Below are positions 14,570 to 22,179 of a stretch of DNA of 22,537 bases, piece after piece. The translations under genes were made by a program, and so were the position numbers. The number at the start of each line of letters is the position of its first letter. Position 1 is the first letter of the stretch. Under the pieces are notes generated by a model. It made no database searches. It was not told the origin of the DNA and saw nothing but the letters and a program-made list of their open reading frames with translations. Origin of the DNA: a virus (Duplodnaviria; Heunggongvirae; Uroviricota; Caudoviricetes); IMG/VR virus record IMGVR_UViG_3300045996_000470, positions 98,667 through 121,203 of that record. One strand, 5' to 3'.

Positions 14570-14776
14570 ATGATTGATAAGAGAAACTTAGAGGTGAAAG
14601 AAGGAGACTGGATTCTGGTCTACGAGTCGTGGGGTAAAACTCTTAAAGAGGGTATCTTCCGGTCATACGATGAAGAAGAAACTCGTGTTAGATACCTTAA
14701 TCCAGATACAGGTAGAATTAATAGTGTTCTTTTGGGAAGAGGCAGGATTTATAAACTTCCCGCTCGTGGATTATAA
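14570..14776 (+). CDS. small SH3/KOW-like protein
   Basis: ATG at 14570 after a GAGGTG SD; MIDKRNLEVKEGDWILV... Confidence 0.7.
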   Translation: MIDKRNLEVKEGDWILVYESWGKTLKEGIFRSYDEEETRVRYLNPDTGRINSVLLGRGRIYKLPARGL

Positions 14777-14777
14777 C

Positions 14778-14805
14778 TTGACTTTTCCGGGTACTATGTT
14801 AGACT
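14778..14805 (+). promoter_or_regulatory. sigma70 promoter, extended -10 (leadered)
   Basis: TTGACT-16-TG-t-TAGACT; GAGGT SD at 14811; ATG at 14823. Confidence 0.75.
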
Positions 14806-14822
14806 GATTTGAGGTTTAAATT

Positions 14823-15224
14823 ATGAACGGATTTATTTTAGCAGGCAAGCTCCTGAATTACCCGGAATGCTGCATAAAGTACTTTTGTGAGAACTTTGCT
14901 TTCGGTCCAGTTACAGTGTCATATAATGGGTTTATCCCTTGTATCGAGCACTCGAAGTTAACTCGTGAGGAACTGGAGACGCTTATAGGGCGAAGTCTGG
15001 AAAAGGAACCAGAAGTTTTTACTAAGTGGATGACGGCTCTTATAGCTCTCCCAGAAGGCGCCGACCCTTTAGATAAATTTAAAACTGGGTTAGCAATCTA
15101 TGCAGAGGCTGGGTTAGATGAATTTTGGACAGCGGCTTGGCTTCGGGCGGTGGATTTAAGCGAAGAAGAAGAGGAGATTCAGGAACGTTCTATAGCACAT
15201 GCTGAAGTCATGGCGAATTGCTGA
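14823..15224 (+). CDS. hypothetical protein with DUF483-like motif
   Basis: GKLLNYPECCIKYF...GFIPC..H resembles the GxLLGYPxCC motif. Confidence 0.6.
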   Translation: MNGFILAGKLLNYPECCIKYFCENFAFGPVTVSYNGFIPCIEHSKLTREELETLIGRSLEKEPEVFTKWMTALIALPEGADPLDKFKTGLAIYAEAGLDEFWTAAWLRAVDLSEEEEEIQERSIAHAEVMANC

Positions 15225-15235
15225 GTCCCCCCCTC

Positions 15236-15264
15236 TTGCTTTTATACAAAAAAGGTGGTATGAT
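15236..15264 (+). promoter_or_regulatory. sigma70 promoter, extended -10, leaderless
   Basis: TTGCTT-17-TG-g-TATGAT; ATG 5 nt downstream at 15270. Confidence 0.65.
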
Positions 15265-15269
15265 ATTAT

Positions 15270-15407
15270 ATGTTTATTCTGTTTTTAGCTGTATTAGCTT
15301 TAATCGTCATAGTCTTATTTGCAATAGCAGGTTTACTGGCGGTATATATGGGGGGATTAATTTTAGGTGATTGCTTTGCAGACATCTGGAATGTCAAAAT
15401 TGAATGA
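15270..15407 (+). CDS. small membrane protein (45 aa)
   Basis: Hand translation MFILFLAVLALIVIVLFAIAGLLAVYMGGLILGDCFADIWNVKIE. Confidence 0.6.
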   Translation: MFILFLAVLALIVIVLFAIAGLLAVYMGGLILGDCFADIWNVKIE

Positions 15408-15532
15408 TAGATGGAGTATGGATAGCAATCATTGTATATAGTGTCGCTCTGGTTATTGTTTTTGGGGTAGGGGTTAGGCAAGGATTAAGAGGAGCACTAC
15501 AGAAGGTTCGAGACAAGGCTATTGACAATTAA
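15404..15532 (+). CDS. small membrane protein (42 aa)
   Basis: ATGA overlap; MIDGVWIAIIVYSVALVIVFGVGVRQGLRGALQKVRDKAIDN. Confidence 0.6.
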   Translation: MIDGVWIAIIVYSVALVIVFGVGVRQGLRGALQKVRDKAIDN

Positions 15533-15549
15533 CCAAATTGTGGTAGACT
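15522..15549 (+). promoter_or_regulatory. sigma70 promoter, extended -10
   Basis: TTGACA-16-TG-g-TAGACT. Confidence 0.75.
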
Positions 15550-15602
15550 ATTTAAGGTTAGATTATTTTAGAAAACGCCTGAGGGCAAGGAACATTTTAG
15601 TT

Positions 15603-15938
15603 ATGGCAGAACGTAGTATAGCAGAAATTATGGAAGAGGGTCAGCGGTTAACCCTTGAACACGCAGAATTACTGCGTAGGTCGATTGTGGGAGAAACTCT
15701 GACGGCAGAGGAAACGGCTCGCAAGGCACAGCTTGAGGGTTATCTCTTGGGTTTGATGGGTCAGGCACAGGCTCAGGGTGTCGGTACGGCAGTCGGTACG
15801 GGTTACGGTCAGGTTCAGGACGAGGATGAGGATGAGGATGGGCTTGGCGATTTGGATGAAGAGGACGAAGATGAGAGCCTTTTCGACGAGGACGAGGATG
15901 AGGACGAGGAGCAAGGGGAATTTGGATTTAGGTACTAA
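15603..15938 (+). CDS. protein with a strongly acidic C-terminal tail
   Basis: MAERSIAEIM...QDEDEDEDGLGDLDEEDEDESLFDEDEDEDEEQGEFGFRY; start re-assigned because the TTG at 15522 is the -35 box. Confidence 0.75.
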   Translation: MAERSIAEIMEEGQRLTLEHAELLRRSIVGETLTAEETARKAQLEGYLLGLMGQAQAQGVGTAVGTGYGQVQDEDEDEDGLGDLDEEDEDESLFDEDEDEDEEQGEFGFRY

Positions 15939-15980
15939 ATTCTTGAGGTGTGCTTCAAATTCTTGAGGTGTGCAGAAAAT

Positions 15981-16019
15981 GACTCTTAATCTTAGGGAAC
16001 TAAGGTTAGGGGTCTTTTT
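15981..16019 (+). terminator. intrinsic terminator
   Basis: 15-bp stem (3 G:U) GACTCTTAATCTTAG-GGAA-CTAAGGTTAGGGGTC followed by TTTTT. Confidence 0.8.
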
Positions 16020-16027
16020 GTGTCTGT

Positions 16028-16073
16028 CCCACTAGTGGGAAATCCTTGACTTTTCTGTCTAATATGCTACTAT
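16028..16073 (+). promoter_or_regulatory. CCCACTAGTGGG palindrome plus leaderless promoter
   Basis: Palindrome 16028-16039; TTGACT(16046)-16-TG-c-TACTAT(16068-16073); ATG at 16082. Confidence 0.8.
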
Positions 16074-16081
16074 TTAGGTCT

Positions 16082-16399
16082 ATGACAGCTTTAGAAATAA
16101 TTACAAGTCTGACTACAGACATTTACACTAAGGAAGAGTTGAGTTCTATATCGACAGCAGTTAGGTCGGCACAGGACATTAATAAGCAACGGTCGGTTGC
16201 GTTAATGAAAGCAACTCTTAAGGTAGGGGATGAAGTTACTCTTTCGGGACTACGCCCTAAGAGTATTAATGGATTGGTAGCTAAAGTTGTGGCTATCAAT
16301 AGAACTAGGGCAGAGGTTGATATGCCTGTTAATGTTAATGCAGGTCGTTGGTCGGGTGCAAAAGGCGTGGTTCCATTGTCTTGCGTTACTAAAGTCTAG
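16082..16399 (+). CDS. SH3/KOW-like hypothetical protein
   Basis: LKVGDEVTL...VVAINRTRAEV; start re-assigned to ATG at 16082. Confidence 0.75.
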   Translation: MTALEIITSLTTDIYTKEELSSISTAVRSAQDINKQRSVALMKATLKVGDEVTLSGLRPKSINGLVAKVVAINRTRAEVDMPVNVNAGRWSGAKGVVPLSCVTKV

Positions 16400-16403
16400 G
16401 GGC

Positions 16404-16431
16404 TTGACTTTTCTCTCCCACTTGTTACAAT
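16404..16431 (+). promoter_or_regulatory. leaderless promoter
   Basis: TTGACT-16-TG-t-TACAAT; ATG 7 nt on. Confidence 0.85.
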
Positions 16432-16438
16432 AACTTAT

Positions 16439-16861
16439 ATGAAGAAACAAATAACAGATATTAAATTGTCGGAAGCTATTGTGCGAGGCACAAAGATAGC
16501 TAAGGGAAAGGGCATTACACAGGGCGAAGGCAACGTCCTAGAGTTTAATCGGGCTGGCAAACTTGAGTGTGCTTGTACTGCGGGGATGGCTCTAATAGGC
16601 ACGTATGGCGTAGAGCAACTTGAAAAAGAACATGCGAAAGACCGATATATTTCTTGGGGTATAAAGTTTAAGAGCCTCTTTGAACCTGCTAAAACTACCT
16701 TTAAGAAAAAAGAGCAGTGTCTTCTAAAGACTGTAAAAACTCCTGTACAAAAAGAGAACGTAGAGACTGGTTCTATTTACTCTTTCATTTATAGTCTTAA
16801 TGATGGTGCTGGCTTAGCGGCTCGTTACATTGCTAAGAAACTTGAAAAGTGTGGTTTTTAG
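16439..16861 (+). CDS. phage hypothetical protein
   Basis: LSEAI..G...CACTAG.A...SLNDG...IAKKLE pattern; 140 aa. Confidence 0.75.
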   Translation: MKKQITDIKLSEAIVRGTKIAKGKGITQGEGNVLEFNRAGKLECACTAGMALIGTYGVEQLEKEHAKDRYISWGIKFKSLFEPAKTTFKKKEQCLLKTVKTPVQKENVETGSIYSFIYSLNDGAGLAARYIAKKLEKCGF

Positions 16862-16865
16862 TCGC

Positions 16866-16893
16866 TTGACAATTCTCTCCCACTCTGTATAAT
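16866..16893 (+). promoter_or_regulatory. leaderless promoter
   Basis: TTGACA-16-TATAAT; ATG 8 nt on. Confidence 0.85.
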
Positions 16894-16901
16894 ACTCATA
16901 T

Positions 16902-17225
16902 ATGAAAGATGCAACTGGTAAAGACTTAAGGCTTGGGCAAAGAGTTGCTATTCCTTGTAACAGTAGGTTTAAGATTGGAATCCTTTACAATTATCGTCCT
17001 AACCGGACACGGTGGTATCTTGAAGCTGTACGATACAGGGATAATGCAGATGTAGGGATTTATCCAGAAGACCATAGAGACTATTACGATAGGTATTGGA
17101 CTAGGGAGTATGTAAATACTCATGCCAATAATTATTACGTCGAGTTTCCTGATGGTAAAAAGAGAACTATCTCTGACATAAATAGTATTTTGGGAATAGA
17201 CGACGAGGGGAAGATAACACTATGA
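16902..17225 (+). CDS. SH3/KOW-like hypothetical protein
   Basis: MKDATGKDLRLGQRVAIP...KIGIL. Confidence 0.75.
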   Translation: MKDATGKDLRLGQRVAIPCNSRFKIGILYNYRPNRTRWYLEAVRYRDNADVGIYPEDHRDYYDRYWTREYVNTHANNYYVEFPDGKKRTISDINSILGIDDEGKITL

Positions 17226-17581
17226 TGCGTTTTAAGCTTTGCTTTCATATATCTTCAGTTACTCCTGAGGGAAAACGAGAGTCTATGGGCAAACTTCACT
17301 ATCGAGGGAACACGATAGCCGAAGCGGTGGAAAAAGTCATGTATTGTATTAATCCGGACGGAGTGCCTAGACCGCACACAGGGAATTGGCGGGATAGAGT
17401 CTGCACTTCCTTTACTGTTCAAAGAGATTTGGGTGGGAAATTGCGGGGTATGAATTTTAAATGGGACAAATATATAAAAACTAATGAAGGTAAAGCTTTA
17501 TTGACTAAACAACTTCCAATCCACGAGGAGCGTTTACGTACTCATGCTGAAAGATTTGGGTGGGAGTGGATAGATGCATGA
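17222..17581 (+). CDS. hypothetical protein
   Basis: 119 aa; ATGA overlap. Confidence 0.7.
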   Translation: MMRFKLCFHISSVTPEGKRESMGKLHYRGNTIAEAVEKVMYCINPDGVPRPHTGNWRDRVCTSFTVQRDLGGKLRGMNFKWDKYIKTNEGKALLTKQLPIHEERLRTHAERFGWEWIDA

Positions 17582-17738
17582 TACCTATCTAATTCTCGCA
17601 GTGTTTGTAACTTTTCTCGGGGTGCTCTTAGTTTTGGAGGGTGCCCCGCACGGTCTTTTAGTGTTCTGTGCCGGAATATTATTTTGGGCTGGATACGAAT
17701 TTCTTTGTCCTACTAGTGGGAAATCCCTTGACAAATAA
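17574..17738 (+). CDS. small two-helix membrane protein (54 aa)
   Basis: Hand translation MHDTYLILAVFVTFLGVLLVLEGAPHGLLVFCAGILFWAGYEFLCPTSGKSLDK; GGAG SD. Its 3' end reads through the next palindrome and -35 box. Confidence 0.55.
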   Translation: MHDTYLILAVFVTFLGVLLVLEGAPHGLLVFCAGILFWAGYEFLCPTSGKSLDK

Positions 17739-17755
17739 GAATAATCTGCTAAACT
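17709..17755 (+). promoter_or_regulatory. palindrome plus leaderless promoter
   Basis: CCTACTAGTGGG (17709-17720); TTGACA(17728)-16-TG-c-TAAACT(17750-17755); ATG at 17762. Confidence 0.8.
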
Positions 17756-17761
17756 TATGCT

Positions 17762-19117
17762 ATGGAACTGAGTAAGAAAGAGATAAAACAAAAACTTTTG
17801 CATATCAAGACAGTCTTAGATTGGTGCAAGGTTGGCAACTTCAGAAAGCATCAGGTATATATAAACGATATTGAGAATGAGGGTTTGTATTCTTGGGGTT
17901 ATCAGGGGACTGCTCCCAATCAGCGTTGGACGCGACTTATAACGAAGTGGAATAAACTTACTGATGCTGAGTGGTTAATGCTTGAAAAGTTTGTCAAGCT
18001 GAAGTATCCAAAAGAGTACGTTGTTACTCGTAAGTCTTATCTTATCAATTTCACTAATCCTGAGACTAAAGAGACTTTAGCGGTTGACCTTAAGGATAAA
18101 AAGTTTACTAAGACTTATGCCAATGGTAAACAGCGGGATGTAAAACTGCCTCATTCATTTTTTAAGGGAATGGACGGTCGTATAGTTTCTACAAAAATTC
18201 CGGCAGACGATAACTTTCGGAAGCTAGTTGATACGATTATCCGTAAAGAGTCAGCGTGTTCAAATATGGGGACGTTTCTCGTTCGGCTGTTTGACAATAT
18301 CCATTTAGAGACTTACATATCGGCGGGGGTTAAGTTTGATTACAACATTGCTGTCGGATATGATTTTTTCGATAAAGACGTTAGAAAGATTTTGGACTCA
18401 AAAGGAATGGATTATAACCAAACGGTTGAATCATTCTTTGCGAACAATCACGATTTGGGCAAATCAATGCTTCACTTTATTAAAGATGAAGAAAAATTTA
18501 AGGATGTATTTTATTCCATAGCCCAAAATATGCGTAACGTAAACATACTTGTAGAAAATTATAAGTATGATGTTGGGACGTTGTTTAATTACTGTAAAGA
18601 GCGTAATTGGTCGTCAGGGCGGTATACGAATTACTACAACAGCAGAGACTTGGTTTCGTATTTGTGCGACTATGCTCGTATGGCTGATATGGTATTTCCT
18701 AACGGTTTTGATAAATATCCAAAAGATATTGTTGACCATCACGACGGAGTAACAAAACTTTATGAGAAAGAGAAAATAAAGTTTGATGATAAGGTTTATC
18801 AAAAACTTATCAATCCGAAGTTGGAGTATGAGAATAAAGACTATGCAATGATATTTCCTAAGTCAACGGGTGATATTCAAGAAGAGGGTAGAATACTTTC
18901 TCATTGCGTGGGGTCTTATGTTCAAACTGTTATCGAGGGACATTGTATCATTATGTTCCTGAGAAAAAAGAAAGAGAAAAAGACTCCGCTTGTTACGGTA
19001 GAACTTAGGGATAACAGAATCGGACAGGCTAGAGGTAAATACAACAGGTCTTTGGAATATCAAGAAAAGTTATTTCTACAAGAGTACGCAGAGAAGAAAC
19101 GGCTTAAGTATAACTAA
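17762..19117 (+). CDS. PcfJ-like domain protein, paralog 1
   Basis: C-terminal EG..LSHCVGSY...GHCIIMFLR...PLVTVE...IGQARGKYN motif; 451 aa. Confidence 0.82.
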   Translation: MELSKKEIKQKLLHIKTVLDWCKVGNFRKHQVYINDIENEGLYSWGYQGTAPNQRWTRLITKWNKLTDAEWLMLEKFVKLKYPKEYVVTRKSYLINFTNPETKETLAVDLKDKKFTKTYANGKQRDVKLPHSFFKGMDGRIVSTKIPADDNFRKLVDTIIRKESACSNMGTFLVRLFDNIHLETYISAGVKFDYNIAVGYDFFDKDVRKILDSKGMDYNQTVESFFANNHDLGKSMLHFIKDEEKFKDVFYSIAQNMRNVNILVENYKYDVGTLFNYCKERNWSSGRYTNYYNSRDLVSYLCDYARMADMVFPNGFDKYPKDIVDHHDGVTKLYEKEKIKFDDKVYQKLINPKLEYENKDYAMIFPKSTGDIQEEGRILSHCVGSYVQTVIEGHCIIMFLRKKKEKKTPLVTVELRDNRIGQARGKYNRSLEYQEKLFLQEYAEKKRLKYN

Positions 19118-19123
19118 ACAAAC

Positions 19124-19149
19124 ATTCGACGGAATAAAATCCGTCGAAT
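19124..19149 (+). terminator. hairpin after PcfJ paralog 1
   Basis: Perfect 10-bp stem ATTCGACGGA-ATAAAA-TCCGTCGAAT; only a short U tail. Confidence 0.55.
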
Positions 19150-19197
19150 TTCCCACTAGGGGGAAAGATTGACTTTTGACCTTTATCGTAGTATGAT
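19149..19197 (+). promoter_or_regulatory. palindrome plus leaderless promoter
   Basis: TTTCCCACTAGGGGGAAA (19149-19166); TTGACT(19169)-17-TATGAT(19192-19197); ATG at 19204. Confidence 0.8.
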
Positions 19198-19203
19198 GGT
19201 TCT

Positions 19204-19392
19204 ATGGATAAACCTGTTCTGATTATCAAACAGCCTGTACCTCCTAAACTTCCTAAACTGACTAAAAAACAGAAAACGGAGATGGCAGAGATGATTGCCC
19301 TTAAGTTAATTGAGAACGGTGTTGGATTCTTCTACTTAGAAGACGACACCTTTGTTTTTGCCACTGTCCGCCACGCCACAAATATTCACTAG
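19204..19392 (+). CDS. small hypothetical protein
   Basis: 62 aa with its own promoter. Confidence 0.7.
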   Translation: MDKPVLIIKQPVPPKLPKLTKKQKTEMAEMIALKLIENGVGFFYLEDDTFVFATVRHATNIH

Positions 19393-19396
19393 TCCC

Positions 19397-19424
19397 TTGA
19401 CAATTTTCTTAAAATCCTTATACT
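19397..19424 (+). promoter_or_regulatory. leaderless promoter
   Basis: TTGACA-16-TATACT; ATG 7 nt on. Confidence 0.85.
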
Positions 19425-19431
19425 TATAACT

Positions 19432-19722
19432 ATGAACGATGTAGCAGGAAGAGAGATAACTGTTGGAGATGAAATAGCTTTTACTGTAAGCACTAGGATT
19501 CTTACAGGAAAGGTTACGAGAATTTACGAGGGGCAGGATTATGGACGCCTTGTTAGTAAACTAAAGGTGGAACTAACAACTCCGGAACCTAGAGGTAAAT
19601 GGGGTTACAGAGATAACGATAAAGGTGAACCTGTTTGGCAGGAAATTGTTACTGACTATGTAAGAATTAGAACTGTTTTTGGAAGTGATAGGGCTATTAT
19701 TCTTCGAGGACTTGAGGAGTAA
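19432..19722 (+). CDS. SH3/KOW-like hypothetical protein
   Basis: MNDVAGREITVGDEIAF...TGKVTRI. Confidence 0.75.
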   Translation: MNDVAGREITVGDEIAFTVSTRILTGKVTRIYEGQDYGRLVSKLKVELTTPEPRGKWGYRDNDKGEPVWQEIVTDYVRIRTVFGSDRAIILRGLEE

Positions 19723-19740
19723 TTTCCCACTAGCGGGACG

Positions 19741-19773
19741 AAAAAATAGCCTCCGGTCAGCTTTCCGGAGGCT
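19741..19773 (-). terminator. intrinsic terminator for the inverted Gp88-like gene
   Basis: Minus strand AGCCTCCGG-8 nt loop-CCGGAGGCT followed by ATTTTTT. Confidence 0.8.
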
Positions 19774-19807
19774 TTAGGCTAAGTCAAAACTGAAAGTATA
19801 AAAAGAC

Positions 19808-20491
19808 TTAGCTAATATTGCGAACTACAAAACCCGTTGCATCTTTTTTGGCTTTACCCTTTGCTTTTAATCCGACAATAACGCCCTTTTTTCTTTTTGG
19901 GTCTAAGAAACGCAAATCAGTTTCATCGCCATTTACAACCTTATAACCTAAATACTTTTTAGGTATTTCCTTTTCAAACACTACGGCAACATTTACCCCG
20001 TTTTCCAACGCGTCAATACAATCCTCGATATTATTTTCAGAACGCGAAAATGTAAGATGATAGTTTGGCATTGTACGTTTGTACGGTTTGGGTATTTTCG
20101 TATAATCGTAAAACTGTACTTTCGGAAATAGTTTTGCTACGTAGTGAGCAAGTTTCGGTAAATCCGATGTTCCGTTTGGACGAACGCAAGGAATAAGATT
20201 TTTCTTTTCCGCACGTTTGACAAGTTTTTGAACGTCCGAAACTAATTCATTCAAAAACTTTTGATTTTCATCGAAATACATATCAGTTTTACGCTGACGA
20301 CCCGCCTGCACTTGGTCAAAAGCACCACGTCCTGCGGTATTCAAACAAGATGCAATACAGCCCGCCGATGCGAATGAACACAAATTACCACGCCCGCCCG
20401 ATTTTTGAGGTTTCAAGTAAAGAATACCTGTAAGATAGCCTTTTTTCTCGCCTTTGGAAGTTTTAGCGTTTTGTTCAGTCAATAAGCTCAT
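19808..20491 (-). CDS. Gp88-like (GP88 family) protein
   Basis: N.KT.KG...GILYL.P...CSFASAGCIASCLNTAGRG...RPNGTSDL...QFYDYTK...YHLTFSRSE...GDETDLRFLD...VGLKAKG motifs; start re-assigned to ATG at 20491. Confidence 0.8.
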   Translation of the reverse strand: MSLLTEQNAKTSKGEKKGYLTGILYLKPQKSGGRGNLCSFASAGCIASCLNTAGRGAFDQVQAGRQRKTDMYFDENQKFLNELVSDVQKLVKRAEKKNLIPCVRPNGTSDLPKLAHYVAKLFPKVQFYDYTKIPKPYKRTMPNYHLTFSRSENNIEDCIDALENGVNVAVVFEKEIPKKYLGYKVVNGDETDLRFLDPKRKKGVIVGLKAKGKAKKDATGFVVRNIS

Positions 20492-20498
20492 AAGTAAG

Positions 20499-20591
20499 AT
20501 TCTACACGTTTTTGTATAATTGTCAAGGGCTAAAATTTCATTTCCCACTAGTGGGGAAAGGCTTGACAATTCTGGTAAACTGTAAGATAAT
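20499..20591. promoter_or_regulatory. divergent leaderless promoters flanking a central palindrome
   Basis: Minus: TTGACA(20526-20521)-16-TAGAAT(20504-20499), ATG 7 nt on. Palindrome TTTCCCACTAGTGGGGAAA (20541-20559). Plus: TTGACA(20563)-17-GATAAT(20586-20591), ATG 7 nt on. Confidence 0.8.
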
Positions 20592-20598
20592 AGTCAGT

Positions 20599-22146
20599 AT
20601 GGAACTAGAAGAATTTAAGAAAAAAGCACTTGCAATTCGTGAGCTTGAAAAGTGGAAAAGTCGGGCAGCCTGTGAGCTTCCGGCTGGAACAGAGTTCTAC
20701 AAGTCAAGTTATGATATTAAGTCACAGGACATTTATGTTCTGACGACTAAAGCTAAACTTAAGACTAGAGACTTCGACACTTCGGGTATTATCGCATACA
20801 CTTATCGCCCTTGTCGAAAGAAAAATGCTACTCCTGAAGAAAGAAAACGCGAACAGGAAAGAGCAGTTTATCGGTGGAACTCTACGGGTAGCCTTTACAT
20901 TCCTTATGATGAGCTTTGGAAACAAAAAGCAATTAGAGATGAATTGGTTGCTTGGATGAATAAGGTTACTCCAAACTTTGATGTTGTTAAAGAAAAGGGA
21001 ATTATTGTTTTTACTAATCGTGAGACTAAGGAAATGATGCGTTGCGATTTGAACGCACAAACTTTTTTCCGTACTTATAAGAAGCGTAAGGGTCAACACG
21101 TTCGCTATCCTGCACAGTTTTTTAAGTATGTTATCGGCAGACTTTTGATTGCTGAAATTGGTGCGGCAGATTGCCAAACTTTCAAAACTCTTGTCGAGTT
21201 GGTTGCAAAGAATTATTCAAAGTGTCGAAACTTTGGAACATTTCTTGTAAGAATGTTCGACCATATCCACCTTGAGGAATACATTGCGGCTGGAGTTCCT
21301 TTTGATTTTTCAATTCCTTTCGCATACTCTGATTTTGATAAGAATATCCGAAAGAAAATTGACGAGCATAGTATGACCTACTCAATGGATATCGGCTCAT
21401 TGTTTTGCAGCGATAAAGATACGGGGCGGGCTGTATTTGCACAAATTGAAAATTGTGTGAATTTTAAGAATATGGTTATGTTGCTTGCCCATAATATTCA
21501 ACCTTTGAATACTCTAGTCAATCATTACAACTATGATTTGAAAACTCTTTTCGAATATTGCCGGAAAAATAAATGGTATGTAAGAAAGCCTGCAAGGTTT
21601 ACTTACTATACTCCAACAGAATTGCAAAATCCAGAAACGGAAGATATAAAGCATTTTTCTTCTTACAACTATGATATAGTTTCTTTTCTTAGGGATTATT
21701 CTCGTATGGCTTTGGATGTTTACGGAGATAATTACGATAAGTATCCTGCGGACTTACACGCAGCCCACGAAGAATGTAACCGTATTTACCAAACTCGCAA
21801 AGTCGAAATTGACCAAAAGCGGTTTGCCGAAACGATTGATAAGTCTTTGGAATGGAAAAATGACGAGTTTGAAATTATCTATCCAAAGGCGTCGGATGAG
21901 GTTGTCGCAGAGGGTAAGGCTTTGAGGCATTGCGTCGGGTCTTATATTCAGTCAGTTGTGCGGGGTGAGTGTAAAATTCTTTTCCTTAGAAAGAAAGACG
22001 AACTAGAAAAACCGTTTGTTACTATTGAAATTTCCGGTGGTAACATTCGACAAGCCAGAGGTTACGGAAACTCTGCACCAATCTATGATGCTAAAATGGC
22101 ATTACAAGATTATGCAAAGTCTAAGAAACTTCTTTATAGGGGATAG
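20599..22146 (+). CDS. PcfJ-like domain protein, paralog 2
   Basis: EGKALRHCVGSY...GECKILFLR...PFVTIE...IRQARGYGN; start re-assigned to ATG at 20599 (515 aa). Confidence 0.82.
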   Translation: MELEEFKKKALAIRELEKWKSRAACELPAGTEFYKSSYDIKSQDIYVLTTKAKLKTRDFDTSGIIAYTYRPCRKKNATPEERKREQERAVYRWNSTGSLYIPYDELWKQKAIRDELVAWMNKVTPNFDVVKEKGIIVFTNRETKEMMRCDLNAQTFFRTYKKRKGQHVRYPAQFFKYVIGRLLIAEIGAADCQTFKTLVELVAKNYSKCRNFGTFLVRMFDHIHLEEYIAAGVPFDFSIPFAYSDFDKNIRKKIDEHSMTYSMDIGSLFCSDKDTGRAVFAQIENCVNFKNMVMLLAHNIQPLNTLVNHYNYDLKTLFEYCRKNKWYVRKPARFTYYTPTELQNPETEDIKHFSSYNYDIVSFLRDYSRMALDVYGDNYDKYPADLHAAHEECNRIYQTRKVEIDQKRFAETIDKSLEWKNDEFEIIYPKASDEVVAEGKALRHCVGSYIQSVVRGECKILFLRKKDELEKPFVTIEISGGNIRQARGYGNSAPIYDAKMALQDYAKSKKLLYRG

Positions 22147-22152
22147 TTCCAA

Positions 22153-22178
22153 CGAGTGCCGAATAAAATCGGTGCTCG
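22153..22178 (+). terminator. hairpin after PcfJ paralog 2
   Basis: CGAGTGCCGA-ATAAAA-TCGGTGCTCG, a 10-bp stem with 2 G:U pairs; same loop as the 19124 hairpin. Confidence 0.5.
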
Positions 22179-22179
22179 C

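Noticed and set aside
7103-19393. CACTAGT core alone at 7103, about 9082 and 19387 as palindrome sites
   Set aside because: They lack the CCC/GGG arms and two lie inside coding sequence. The 19387 copy is near a -35 box but is too degenerate to count.
13821-20569. Longer ORF-track starts at 13821, 14525, 15522, 16046, 20512 and 20569 (minus)
   Set aside because: These extensions run through the promoter or palindrome elements or the upstream gene; internal ATGs match the promoter or SD geometry better.
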